From Seison nebaliae (lineage: Eukaryota), in contig JALJEE010000685.1 of assembly GCA_023231475.1 (NCBI GenBank), positions 1-64,000 of the forward strand: a stretch of 64,000 bases of DNA. The letters are read 5' to 3'. Under the pieces are notes generated by a model. That model had not been told where the DNA came from, searched no databases, and saw only the letters and a list, made by a program, of their open reading frames with translations. Made by a program: the position numbers and the translations under genes. Of this stretch, positions 25,259 to 38,454 are shown piece by piece. How positions within the stretch are numbered: position 1 is the stretch's first letter; each line of letters begins with the position of its first letter.

Positions 25259-26816
25259 GTTGAGAGATAGCTCTGATCTGTCAGATCATAACACTATACA
25301 CTGTATAGTGAACACGATAAAATGCTAGAAGTTATGCCTACTGCCCACCCCTGCTATACAGTGGATAGGGTTATATATATAAATCTAAAAAACTTTTTAG
25401 AAGACAGTTCTCGACCCTTAAATAGGACAGTTCTCTACCCGCTGTTTTATTTTGTTCGACCGTTTTCAATCTTTTGTGAAAAAAGGACAATTCTTAACCT
25501 TAAAACAAATTGAAAGTGGAACCAGATCAGTGAGGGAAAAGAGAAAAGCTCTATTGCACTTACACGGGAAAACTTTGACTGCGAGGACTGACTATAAAAA
25601 AAAATTAAAAGTGGAATATCGTAAAACATTATTTTGCAAAACTTATTAACCAGTCCGATTATGCGTGTGGTGCATAATAAGTGCTCAATTTAATTAACAA
25701 CTTTTAAGCTTAGCTATCCATCACATGCATATTTGCGATATGTGTATATGTTTTAAATTTTCTTTTGAATTCTAATGGCCGAACTTCCCTTGTTAGTATA
25801 CGAAATTTAGTACAGGTTACAATAAAAGCCGAATTATATTGTAATAATAATATTTTTGTAAGATATTGATGAATTAGTTTCGAGTTATATACTGTTTTAT
25901 CCTACCTAAAGCATCGATAAAAATCCTTATGTTAGGAGTAGATCTTTCTCTATGAAGATATTTGCATAAAGGAATCGAATGTTATAACATTGGATTCTTA
26001 GATTTTGCTGAGATATATGATTTTTGGCAAGGACAGCGCTAAAAATCTGTTGTAATTTTAATGTTGGACAAAGAAAACATCAATTCATAAACATAAAAGT
26101 CTACCAAATAGTATGTCTAAATTGTTGAAAACTATCTCCTAGAAAATTATTATAAATATCTGCAATCTGTCTGTTACTCAATGATTCAAATGAATTTTTC
26201 GACAAAAGTGTTACAATATTAAATTAATGTCCAATCATATAATGAACTCTTCAAAAAGAATTAAATCAATGATATACTCCAGCAATAAGTTTAACATTTG
26301 TTAATTTATTGACTTGTTCGATAAGAATTAATGTAACATAACTTTTAAATAGGGAACGCCTCCAAAATTGATTATTGAATATTAAATCAATGAGAATCAA
26401 TGTTGTCGGATAATTCAATTCTATGATATTTCATATATATAGATAAGTTGACTGTATATGTGACTCTCCAAAAAACTTTGAAAAAAGGGGAAAAGGAGAA
26501 CATACTGAAGAACAGCATTTTCTTTTATTATTAATTCTATAAGTTCATAGAAATGAAATGTCCTTAAATTTGATTGTTTTGGTAATAAAGTTATGGAAGG
26601 TGGTAGACCTGTAAAAAATGAAGGTGAATTGGGGCAGTAGTAATTGTGATTAGTTAATAATGGAGATTATTGATAATTGTTTCAAAAAGTAAGGTAACCT
26701 TGAACTGTTAAAACTATTACTTCAATATCTTGTTCACAAACATACGTAATAATAACGCTCATGTCGATATATTTCTACAAATTCTTCCAAATCATTCCTG
26801 AAAATAATTACTAAAA

Positions 26817-27315
26817 ATGATGTTATATTTATGGGTGATCGTTATGACTTGTCATGGAATATTGATGGGAAAAAAGGTGCCTATTGACTGCAATAAGTAT
26901 TGTGAAGGAGGAAAAATCACGAAAAATCACGAAAAATATCGTCCACCGTCTTCAAATGGTTGTGGTCCAAAAGGAATTCAGTTTGTGGACGATCTTCTTA
27001 AAAGAAAAAAATTGGGAGATTTGACTTTATGTTGTGATGACCATGATAAATGTTATGGATCATGTAACGAAAATAGCTCAAAAAAGTTGATTTTTCGTGA
27101 TATTAATTTCTGATAAATTCTTCTCCAGGACATGTGATGAACAATTCAATCGATGTATGAATAACACTTGTAACCGATATTCAAGATTTCGATCATGGGT
27201 CTGTCATATCTACAGATTCGGTTTACATAAGGTAGTGGAGAAGTTTGGATGTCCATTTTTCAAAAAAGCCAAAGATCGTTGTTCATGTATTATAGGTAGA
27301 TTATCACCATATTAA
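26817..27315 (+). CDS. PLA2G12: Secreted phospholipase A2, group XII-like
   Basis: Signal peptide, Ca-loop-like NGCGP and catalytic CCDDHDKCY. One 43-nt GTTGAT..CAG intron joins NSSKK to TCDEQFNRCM. FGCPFF..C near the C-terminus. Confidence 0.88.
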
Positions 27316-28572
27316 TTATAAAATACTAAAATTATAAGAATTTCTTTTTTTTTAATTTTGAACGGTGAATTTTTTTTAAATGTTTATTAAAATTCTGACC
27401 AATATTATTTGTTTTCAAATTATTATAATATCATAACACTCGTATAAAAAATGGATTAAGGGAGTGTTGAATTTATAGTTGATCCAATGATCCAATAGTT
27501 TTCTTGGTGGTAAGTAGGTAAGTGGAAATATTCATCTTTCAAAACCAGTACACAACTGAGTCGTATAAAATCTAATTATTCTAGTCAATCAATGTTCATC
27601 AGTCAAGTGGAGATGAGGAAAATTTTAAAAGAAAGCGATAACGTATCGAAGAAGAGTAAAACATTCGGAGGTTGAACAAAAATTCTTTGTAGAAGTTCAA
27701 AGTTTATTTCTCCTTTCAAATATGTATGTTCTTATTGCGTCTTCATAATACTTGTTGGGAGATGTCGAGATGTTTGGAAATCATTTGCTAAATTGCATAA
27801 TTCAGTTGCATCATAAATTTTATTCCTTCTCTTAAACTCTGTCATTTAACCATTCACCATTTATGAAGAGTTAGTGATTATACAATGATTAATAGAAAAA
27901 TAATGAAAATTGTGTGTTTTCTCGAACAAATAAATGATGAATAATAAAATCTTATATTTACTTTCATATTGACTAGCATTAGAACAACCATCTGTTTCTC
28001 CAATATGGTACGAAATTCATCCATTAAAATTCATTTCTTATTTTACAAAATTTTTTGACCTTATCGAATGAAACGATATTTTTCTTTCTTATAATATTTA
28101 TATTGTTCAAATTAGGATTTTTCCTATGACATTAAAAAAATATGTAATTAAATCACAGAATATTGTGCATTAATATTTCAGAAATCATTTAAATGGTAGA
28201 TTATTTCTTATGAAAATTTCGATTGAAAATAGAAAAACTTTTGTTGAATTAAGAGCCTTTTAATTGGTAAAGCAATAACACCACCTCAATTGGATTTGAT
28301 TGAAAATTATTTTTATAATTTTCTACTTATTTAATATTTCTCAAGAAAAACAACAGAAGAACTTGAAAAAAAAGTATAATTTGTGAAAGATTATTCAATT
28401 TTCCCTAATTTGGAAGTGGGTCAGTGAAAAAGAATTTATCAATTTATTAAGATAAGTAAAATAAAATGCTTCAATTATTTTCAAGAAATCAATTTAAATC
28501 TTGTCAATATTTTTAATTTGACAACATTTAATTTTCTTATTTTCTCTCCTTTTTTCACCAATTCTTTACAAT

Positions 28573-31462
28573 ATGTCTCATGACGTCAAACTAACTCAGA
28601 TTGGATTTGACATCGTGGACTATCCAAACAATGTTCTAAACTCAACATTCCCGTTGGTGAATGTTGATTCACGCATTCTCTCAATGAATGACACAACACC
28701 GGAAGAATATCGAAATATTTGTACAAAATATCGTGCGAATCTCAAATATCGTGCATTGATCTACACAGGCTATGAAGGAATTCCTGAAAATCTGATAATC
28801 AACTTAATTGCTTTTTTTGTTAATAAACTTTTATTTCAAGTGACATATACGATTAAATTGTTCAATTCAGATAATTTTATGTTTATTCACTTTATTGAGG
28901 AGAATCGGCGATCATGGACGATTAGCATTATTACCAGAACAAAAGTTAAGAATATTTGAGAAAAAAAAAATTATAAAATTTCAAAATATTTTCAGATGGC
29001 AGACAATTTTCCGAGATCCGACCGCACATGAAGAAATCATTTCAACGAATGATGAAGGTGATCAGATGAATGACGATGTAGAACATGATATGAATAGGAA
29101 TAACAAAGTGAGAGTAAAAGTAAGAAGAGCAGAAACTAAAAGACATGCCAGTCCAACAGATAGTCTTCCAACAAAATATGTTCCATTTAAGAATCATTCG
29201 CTACCAAATGCTCCAACGGAAATCTTATCGAAAGATGAATCACTTTTGGATTGGGTAAAGAATTTCTTCAAGATGGATCAAACAAACTTCAAATCAAAAA
29301 TTGGACCAGATGCTGAAATTTATTTACGATTCCAAAAATATCTTATCGTTTATATGTGGACCATTTGCACATTATCCATCAGTATTATATTACCCTTAAA
29401 TTATTTAGCACCAAATTCCACATTATCGAAAGACGAAACGTTCGCCAAATCGACAATATCGAATATGGATCCCAAAAGTAATTTGTTGTGGGTTCATGTT
29501 GTTATGTCATTTCTCTATTTGGTTTTAGCTGTAATATTTATGGATCGTTTTACTAATCGAACAAATTATGCAGAAGATGATACAGTAACAAGAACATTGA
29601 TGATATATCATATTCCTTTGGAAGTGTGTCAAAATGAAATAATCGCTGAATATTTCTTGAAACAATTTAATGTTCGAGTACAATCAATCGATTTCGCTAG
29701 AAATGTTTCTCTCATTTTCAAATATCAAAGACTACTAGATCGTGCGAGAGGAGCTTTAAATCGTTGCGAATCAGAATTGAGAGAACATAATCATACACCC
29801 ACAATCATTCCACATCGTTGCGGTACTTTCTGCAATTGTTGTTGTCCTTGTTGTCCGTGTTGGGAACGAGAGAATGCCATCGAATTCTATGGAAAGAAAG
29901 TTCAAAAGTTTAAGAATAAATTAGAGAATACTAGATCGAAAATTGAATTATTGGGAATTGCTTTCGTCACTCTCCCCACAATGGAGAATGTTTATGAGAT
30001 TTTGAAGGAATTACATCGACCATTTCATTGTTTCTCATATTGTATGGGCGGAGGTCGTCATCATACGATTAGGAGACCGTTGGAAAATGGAGAGGCCAAT
30101 ATTGAGAATAGAAACAACCATTCACAAGTAACAGAAAATACTATGATATCAGAAGATGGGATGATTATTAATGAGATTAATGGAACAAAATTGAAAACGA
30201 CTCAATGGATCGTTGATTATGCTCCATCGCCCAAAAACATCAAATGGGAGAACTTGTCCAATGCATATTATAGTTGGTGGATAAGATTTATTTTGTTAAA
30301 TATTGGAATCTTCCTAATCATGATCTTCCTTACCACACCATCTATTATTATTGTATCGATAAGAATTCCTAAATTCAACGAATCTCTAACGACCAATTCA
30401 TCGAATTATATGCAATCTAAAGTTCTCACTTTCATCCAAGAGTTCTCACCAGTAATCATCTTAAGAATTTGTGCTGCCACTTTACCCGTAATCGTATCTC
30501 AATCAGCGTTAATTGAATATCATTGGACAAAATCGGCAGAGAACGTTTGGCTTATGAGAAGAACATTTACATTTCTATTATTTATGATATTGATATGTCC
30601 TTCACTTGGTCTAGCTAGTCTTCTTGGTCTATTCAGTTCGACGGATCCATGGAAATGTATCTTCCTTCCAGATAATGGTGCATTCTTTGTCAATTATGTC
30701 ATCTTTTCCGCGTTCATTGGAACGGCTGTCGAATTATGTCGCTTACCTGCATTATTCTTATATGTTTGTCGATTGGCATGGACAAGGAGTTTCGCTGAAC
30801 AATATTCGGTGAAGAAAGCGGTAACTTATGAATATCAATTCGGTTTAGAATATGCTTGGACATTAGCAATTTCTGGAATTGTATTGACATATTCCATCAT
30901 CTGTCCTATTATCACTCCATTTGGGGCCGTTTACATATCATTCAAATATTTGGTTGATCGATATAATTTATATTATGCATTCAGCACATCAAGTGTAGAT
31001 AAACAATTCCATCGAACTGCTGTCAATTTTTTCCTATTGCTCACTATCATTGTTCAGATCATTCTCTTCTTCTTCACTTATATTCGATCAAGTTCTATTC
31101 ACTTCACTTATCAAAATAAACTTCTTCTTCTAATATTAGGTGTGGATGATGCTGATGGAAAGATGATTGCTTTAGCATTGATGGTCACTATTTCGTTCGG
31201 TGTTTGGATTGGTCGCGTCGTTTTCGGATTCTTTAAAGATATCCACATTTTTGGATTTAAAGTTTTTTTTCTCTTTCTCTTCTATCGAATTATCATTTCA
31301 TTCATTTAGATCCTTCGAGAAGATCATACAACTACTGATCCTCCCGATGAATATTTAGATGTTATTCCAATTATTTTCCATTCTATCACTTAATATCTTT
31401 CTTCACAGGATTATGCACAACAGCGTTATAGTATCAATGATATTCTTACTGATCAAAGCTGA
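28573..31462 (+). CDS. TMEM63: TMEM63/OSCA (CSC1-like) mechanosensitive channel
   Basis: Motifs GYEGIPENL, GPDAEIYLRFQKY, FAKSTISN, APSPKNIKWENL, CIFLPDNGAFFVNYVI, YEYQFGLEYAW and KYLVDRYNLYY. Five GTT..AG introns. Confidence 0.95.
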
Positions 31463-31756
31463 ATATTTATTTACAATCAAATAGTGTACGAATGAAATGA
31501 TTTTATTATAAACATCATAAAATTAAAATTTATCTTATTATCATATCCAATAGTTACATTCTTCCAAAATTTATAATAATAAAATTTAGAATGAACGAAA
31601 ATTGAACAGAATAAATATTATAATATTTCTAACATATTCAATGTAGTTGTATTGTAAATTATTGGCTGCTAAATCAATTCTATAAAATTAAATATATTCA
31701 ATTCTCATTCGAACAAACTATATAGTGAACAAAACATATTATTATTAGGATAAGAC

Positions 31757-32749
31757 ATGGCTCTTTTAGAATTTTTTGGTTGTTTGTTAACCATTTGGAC
31801 ATTTCCCGTCATGTTCTTCATTCTAATAATTGCAAAAGATTCGGTGAATGTTGTAATGATGATGACAGCATGCTTCTTCTTCGCTCTATCTCAATTGTTC
31901 TCTTCATTGATAAGTAAAGCAATCGTACCGTTACAACATGTCATTCCTTTCAACATATTTGTATCAGTTCTATTTCAAGAGATATTTCGTCTTATTCTTT
32001 ATGTTATTCTTCGACGAGCCGAATTAGGTTTTCTTTTTATTTCCACTTCATATGTGCTGTTAATAAAGTATTTGGAAAAGGTGTATCAAAATTAAGACAA
32101 AATGGATTTTTACTCGACATCAAAATTAACGCTAGGAGAAATTCTGTTAATTGTGGAATGGGATTCGGAATAATGTCAGCAATTTTATTGTCGACGAACA
32201 TGTTATCTGCAATTACAGGACCGGGAACATTCGGTATAAAAGATTTCAAACAATCATCTGTTGGTAAAGACCCAAAAGACACAGGATTAAACAACGACTT
32301 TTTCTCCCTACAACAATCAATTCAAAGTTTATTGATCATCATTCTCAATATTCTGTGGACGATGATTGCATGGAATTCCATACAAACTAAACATGCTACT
32401 TACAGTAATCGATCTAATTTCATCATTCAAAAAATGTCGGGAGTTATCATTGCTTTCTTGTCTCATTTATTCGTATCTTATTCTGTTAGTTCTTCCATCT
32501 TCTCTCTAGTCCAATCATCTTCATGATTTCTAGACATTATTTCATCAATATGACAGAAGCATTTATATTTCTTCAGGTGTCATCTTCTCAATATTCTTAT
32601 TCAATATCATCGGCATGCTCATCATCTCTTACATTTATATTAAACGCTCCATCCAATCTACAACAAACGCTCAAATTAATTTGAATGTGAATAATATTCA
32701 TGGGAATGATAATATATCCGTTTCAGTAAATAATGAATTGATCACATAA
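31757..32749 (+). CDS. APH1: Gamma-secretase subunit APH-1
   Basis: Motifs MALLEFFGC, SVLFQEIFR..RRAE, GMGFGIMSA (GxxxG), GPGTFGI and SHLFVS. Two introns (GTTTTC..AAG, GTTAGT..TAG). Confidence 0.92.
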
Positions 32750-33748
32750 TAATTAAAAAACGATTTTAATCATTTTTATCCATTCCTATTCCAATTTTTT
32801 TTCATACTATTTGAATAATTTCAAACTAATTTTCATCATATTATTTAATATTTTCATCGTTTTAATTCTGAAATTTTATTACAACTTCTTATTCGTCAGA
32901 ACTGTCATTTTATTGCACTCTATTATTTTGATATTATTCATGTTTTTAAAACTATATTACAATTATAATTAACTAATTATAAACTAATCTTAAATCATCT
33001 CATCATTTTTTTCATAGTCATTTTCATTTTATATTTTGGTACATGGAAGGTTTCCCCAAAGTTTCTCTTTACTAAAAATTTTTCTCCCTCCATTTTTTAA
33101 TTTGGCATTTAAAAAATCGAGGATTGTTTCCTTTTTTCCATATTGTCTTCATGTTAGACAAAAGAAACGTCTTGGGTAACTTTTATTTTTTTAGATTTCT
33201 TTCTTATTTATGGACATGGTTTGCCCATGATGTTTAATGAAATATATCAGTTTGATTGTTGCAAGAATTATATTTCAATTCACAGTAAAAATAGATTCTA
33301 GGATGAGTCCCCCATTCGAAAATTATCCATTGTTATTTTTTTATTATATCATATATTTATATCACAGCACCAAAATGAATCTGAAAAAAGAGATTGTATG
33401 TTAGAAATGTTAAACGATTATGAAACGGAAAACGGATTCGATTTTTGTTTTTTAAAATTATATTTTTTAGAAGTTAATAGAAAGGAGAACAGAAAAAAAG
33501 GCTACACTTCGATCAAAAATTTATTCCGTTCATTAATACAAGTTCAGTAATATATAAAGAAAATGAGAAGCTTAAATTTAAAGTGTAAAAAAAAATTAAA
33601 ACATATCGATGAAATTTTTAAATTTGCTCTTCTATTTTAGAATTTGGGTATTATGCGGTGTAATGGAAACAAGCTTTACCGCAAAAATTCATACAGTGAT
33701 TATCGAATATTTTACAAAACATTTTATGCTTAAAAACAATTGTGCACA

Positions 33749-35017
33749 ATGTCAATGCGTAGCGTTTTTGGCGTCGGTTCTAATTTTGGTGGACAATTAG
33801 GAGAATGTGGAGAAGATGTGTCTGAGTTTAAAAAAGTGAAAATGATACGATCGTTGAGAATGTTGAGTGAGAGATTTGGTACAAAGCCAACTCAAATTTG
33901 TGCAGGTGGAATGCACAGTATCATGTTGGACAACAAAGGAAATATATTCACTATTGGAGCGAATGATGATAATGCTTTGGGACGTACAACAGAAGATGAA
34001 AATTGTGATAATGATTTGCACAAGAAAATTTTTGATGATAAATTTCTGGATAATAATATGCCAGAATTCATTCCTGCAAAAGTGTCCATTCCTGAGAAGG
34101 CATGTCAGATATGTACTGGAGATTCGCATTCGATGGCATTATGTGAAAATGGTGAAATATTTGTGTGGGGTACATTCCGTGATGGTCACTCTACTTTGAA
34201 TGTTTCATCAAATTCTCCTGTAAAAGTTACAGTTTCTCCGTTGGGGAAAGGAGAGAAGATTATTGATATACAAAGTGGAGATCAACATCATTTATGTTTG
34301 TCCAATATTGGCAATGTATTCTCTTCTGGTGATGGAACAAATGGACAATTGGGTCGAATATCTAAATATTGTGCTGATCGAGGAGGACGTCGTGGAATTG
34401 AAGAATTCCTCAATTTGTTCAAAGTGAGATTTCCTCGAGGCATAAAGAAAATAGATCGTATATGGTGTGGAAAGAATTCTTCATTCTTTCTTTGTTCAGA
34501 CAAAGCAGAAAATAGAAAAATGTATGTTTGTGGTATTAATGTGAATAAAATGTTGATGGATGATGAGAAAATTCAAAATATCTATTTTCCAACAATCCAT
34601 CAACAAATTACCAATTTTCTTATGAAACATGACAAAAATTCAATTATTGATATCACAATGACATTAACAACCATCCATATATTGTTGAATGATGGATTCG
34701 TTTATGTAGTAGGAGAAAAGAAAGATTGTTGTTTGGGCATTTCAATGCCTAACACTAAATTATCGATAAAAGAATTTAAAGGAATCCCATTGAAAAATAT
34801 CCAGTTAATTTCTGCCAGTGACAACGTAATGTTCGCTGTAAATAAGAAACATGAAATATATTCTTGGGGACTAGGCACTAATGCTCATCATGGACATGGC
34901 AATAATGATATTCAAATTCCAAAGTTATTGAAGATTCCAAATACGAAGAATGTTCATGCAATTTCTACAAATACTCAACATACATTGTTTCTTTTAAATT
35001 CCAACGAACTTTGTTGA
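33749..35017 (+). CDS. RCC1: Regulator of chromosome condensation (RCC1) beta-propeller
   Basis: RCC1 repeats: GGQLG, ICAGGMHS, GANDDNALGR, GDSHSMAL..VWGTFRD, GDQHH..GQLGR..RGGRRG and YSWGLGT. Single exon. Confidence 0.92.
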   Translation: MSMRSVFGVGSNFGGQLGECGEDVSEFKKVKMIRSLRMLSERFGTKPTQICAGGMHSIMLDNKGNIFTIGANDDNALGRTTEDENCDNDLHKKIFDDKFLDNNMPEFIPAKVSIPEKACQICTGDSHSMALCENGEIFVWGTFRDGHSTLNVSSNSPVKVTVSPLGKGEKIIDIQSGDQHHLCLSNIGNVFSSGDGTNGQLGRISKYCADRGGRRGIEEFLNLFKVRFPRGIKKIDRIWCGKNSSFFLCSDKAENRKMYVCGINVNKMLMDDEKIQNIYFPTIHQQITNFLMKHDKNSIIDITMTLTTIHILLNDGFVYVVGEKKDCCLGISMPNTKLSIKEFKGIPLKNIQLISASDNVMFAVNKKHEIYSWGLGTNAHHGHGNNDIQIPKLLKIPNTKNVHAISTNTQHTLFLLNSNELC

Positions 35018-35442
35018 TGCGATTCCATTTTCAACTTAAAACATACCAGCAAAAACTCGTGTAACACATTAATTTCCTTGCATTATATATCTTCCTATTA
35101 AACGTTTCTCTCATATTCTTAATTGGGAATGTTTTCCCAAATTATTTCGAACTATATTTATGTTTGGTTAGAAAAATGTTTTCATAATTTATTTAGTTTT
35201 ATAAATCGATGACTGTAAAAAAAATTGAATCAATAAAAGAAGATGTGACAAACGACAGGTGAGTAATAATCGCGTGATAATGAAAGAAATATGATAGATT
35301 AGGAAAGAAGGGGACAATGAGAAATTGGTCAAATGTTTAAAATGAGAAAGTTCGAGTTAAATTACTAAGGAAAGTATTATAAAAAGTATAAACATCCATT
35401 TTTTATTAAATTAATTTGGAAACGAAATATTTCTAGAACAAA

Positions 35443-36354
35443 ATGAATAATTTGGTTGACATTTTTTTCTCGATAAGAAAAATATATTTATTGAAATTTT
35501 TTTTAGTTTATTTTCAGTTTCTTCTGTTTAGCTATTACTCTACAATTAGCTCAATGTAATTCCCTATCATTCTCTAACATTAACAAAGATGGTGTTACAT
35601 TAAAGAAAGATCCTAATATAGATCTGTGTCCAACATGTTTGAATTTCATGGACGAAAGTCTCAACACTTTATTAAACATTATTTTAAGTTAGTCATAAAA
35701 TATATAAAACTTTAATTACGTATATAATTATTATAGATTCCGGTGTTATTGGCAGCTGCAGTGCCTTATGTGGTGAATTAGCACAAGTGACACATAGTCC
35801 ATTATTGGGAACTGTATGCAGTGTAATTTGTGATGTAGTAGGTCTCGATTTATTCATTCACGCTATTGAAAAGTTTCAGTTTTTTTTTCAACTTTTATTA
35901 GTTTCACTTAAATAGGGCTGATCTCGATCCAATTTATTATTGTGAAATAATCGACATTTGCCCAGTCTTCGATCAAGGTGATGCTGAAATTATTTCATTC
36001 AATGCTTTCCCAAAACAAGCAACCCAAGGAGCTGTCTTCAATTTAAATCTAGCCTTCCGAACGATTAATGGAACTGGAACTGGACAAATTGATGTTGGAA
36101 TAAAAACTGTTGATCACGAACCAGTTGGTGCAAGTTTCTTAAGCGAAATGTTGAAACCTGGAGTTTATGGCCAAAAGATTCAAGTAAGCACAGATCCAAG
36201 TGGTTGTGATCCAAGTCAAGGTCCTTGTGAACAATGGCTTCCTGGAAACTATACTGCTAAGATTGCAATCTGCAATGGCGAATGTGGTAGTCGTCATCCA
36301 CATTCAAAGATTTATGCTGAACAAGAATGCACTTTCACCATCACCGGTACTTAA
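35443..36354 (+). CDS. Countin-like secreted saposin-B protein
   Basis: Spliced across three GTT introns: MNNLFIFSFFCLAITLQLAQC..DLCPTCLNFMDESLNTLLNIILNSGVIGSCSALC..CSVICDVVGLDLFIHAIEKADLDPIYYCEIIDIC..NGTGTG..ICNGECGSRHPHS. This is the pattern of the countin family. Confidence 0.88.
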
Positions 36355-36634
36355 GTGTGATGAAAAACATCAATCATTATCATGATATCATTGTGTTGTT
36401 TTTTTACGAGAATAAAACCATATTCTGGAAGTAATTTCTGAATTTTTAATTAATTAAAAGTCATTTAAAGTCATTCAAAGTAATGAGGAGGAATAGAAGA
36501 TAAGTGGAATTTATAAGATCGAAAAATATATTTCGATAGTAAAATGAAAAATGTGAAAATTTGAAGCATATTCAAATAATTTCAATTTCCATTAAAATGA
36601 TAATTTCAAATTTCGTCCAACATCTCTTTCTCAT

Positions 36635-37183
36635 TTATATGGTTACTCTTACCATGGGACAGTAATATTTACTTCCATGTGATCTACAACCAAGATGAAG
36701 ACATCCAAGATTACAGAAGAATCTGCTGCTTTTAAGTCTTCTACATTCTGCCCGTTTTTGGTAACCAAAACCCCAAACGTGAATGGTGCCCCAATCACAT
36801 ACGTAATTGCTTGAACAATGTGTTTTCGCACAAGGATCTTCTTCTGTCGTAGTTGTTGTTGTCGTAGTAGTAGTAGTAGTTGTTGTCGTAGTAGTAGTAG
36901 TAGTTGTGGTTGTGGTTGTGGTTGTTGTAGATGTGGTGGTGGAAATCTCATACATTTGAAGTGCCTTATCATAATCTAAATCAAAAGACAAAATTTAAAT
37001 GTTGCATTATCTTAATTCATTCAAACCATCACAGATTGGACAACATCCTCCAGGTTCTAAATATTCGTAACCCGCGCATAACATCGGTTCACAATGATCC
37101 ACATCGCAATTATCTTGCATCGTACTACCGTTTGCAGTCACCACCAAAACGGTGAGGAAAATAGACAGAAATAAACTTTTCAT
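36635..37183 (-). CDS. Small secreted protein: VWC-like Cys motif, poly-Thr linker, Cys-rich C-terminus
   Basis: Exon 1 is MKSLFLSIFLTVLVVTANG..CDVDHCEPMLCAGYEYLEPGGCCPICD. One GTTTGA..TAG intron leads into ORF 36635-36991. Confidence 0.8.
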
Positions 37184-37985
37184 TTGTTCAAATTTCGGTA
37201 AAAATTTTTTTAAGAAAAACTTCTATAATTTTATTAGGAACTACTTTGTTATATATCAATATTTATATCAATTACCTAATTATCAATATCAACTTCAACT
37301 ACTCATTGACGTGTGCTATCATCAACTTTTCACATCTGTACTCAATGCTAGAGTGCTCGTCAAGAAGCATTGAAGCATTCTTCATTAATTTCAAATGTTT
37401 CTTGTTTTTTTTAAAAAGTTTCATCAATGCTTTTGCTTCTTTTCTCAATTTTCAAGAAACAAAGAAAACATGTTTTTTCAATAAGTTTGAAATAACAAAT
37501 AAATCCACAATACTTCACTAATAAGATTGAAGTATTATGATAAAATTGTCAGTTATCTAACAAAACCACTTGTCCATTTTTAGAATTTAGAAGATTTTCG
37601 AAAAATTTAAGAAATTTTTTTTAAATTAAAACTGTTTCCTAATAAGTTAAGCCCAAATGAAAAAAAATCATCTTTTTTTCATTAATGATAACTCTAAAGT
37701 TATCATTGATTGACTTGAGTTTTACTAATTATCCTCAAGAAAAATTAATTATAAATAATTTTAAAAAAAATTAAAAAATAAATAAAGTAAAAAAATGAAT
37801 TTGGTATGAATGTATGCCTAATAATTACAAATATGAATAAAGCCGAAAATTTAAATAGTGGAAATTTTTGAAAATTTTTAACAGTTGAACTGACGGTCCT
37901 TTGAAAAGTAATCGATGCACGTTTTACTTTCCGGAATAAAATTTCAAATAAACTCACAATTAATTATTCAATCATTTAAATAACT

Positions 37986-38454
37986 ATGGTTGGTTGTGTA
38001 TCTTTAACAATTTGATGTTGGAATATTAATACCATTTCTTGTATTTTCAGGATGAGAAAACAGCCATAAAGGAAACTCAAGAAAATATCATCAAAATTCG
38101 AATTCTTCTCACCAGTTCCAATGTAAAAGCACTAGAAACGAGTTAGTTGATCTTTTAAAGATTCGATTTGAATATCTTATTTTTTAAGTGTGTCGTGATC
38201 TCATATCGGCAACGAAAGCGAATAATGCAAAAGTTATTGGACCAATTCGTTTACCGAATAAAATTTTGAGAATAACAACGAGGAAAACGCCATGTGGTGA
38301 AGGTTCGAAAACATGGGACAGATATCAATTAAGAATTCACAAACGTTGTCTTCATGTGGAAAGTCACCAAGAGGCATTCCGAAAGATTATCAGTATTAAT
38401 CTTGATGCGTCGGTCAATGTAAAAATTACTTCGACTGGTGCTCAAGGTCGTTAG
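37986..38454 (+). CDS. RPS20: 40S ribosomal protein S20 (uS10)
   Basis: ATG-only first coding exon, then introns GTTGGT..CAG and GTTAGT..AAG. Protein IRILLTSSNVKALETMCRDL..GPIRLPNKILRITTRKTPCGEGSKTWDRYQLRIHKR. Confidence 0.97.
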
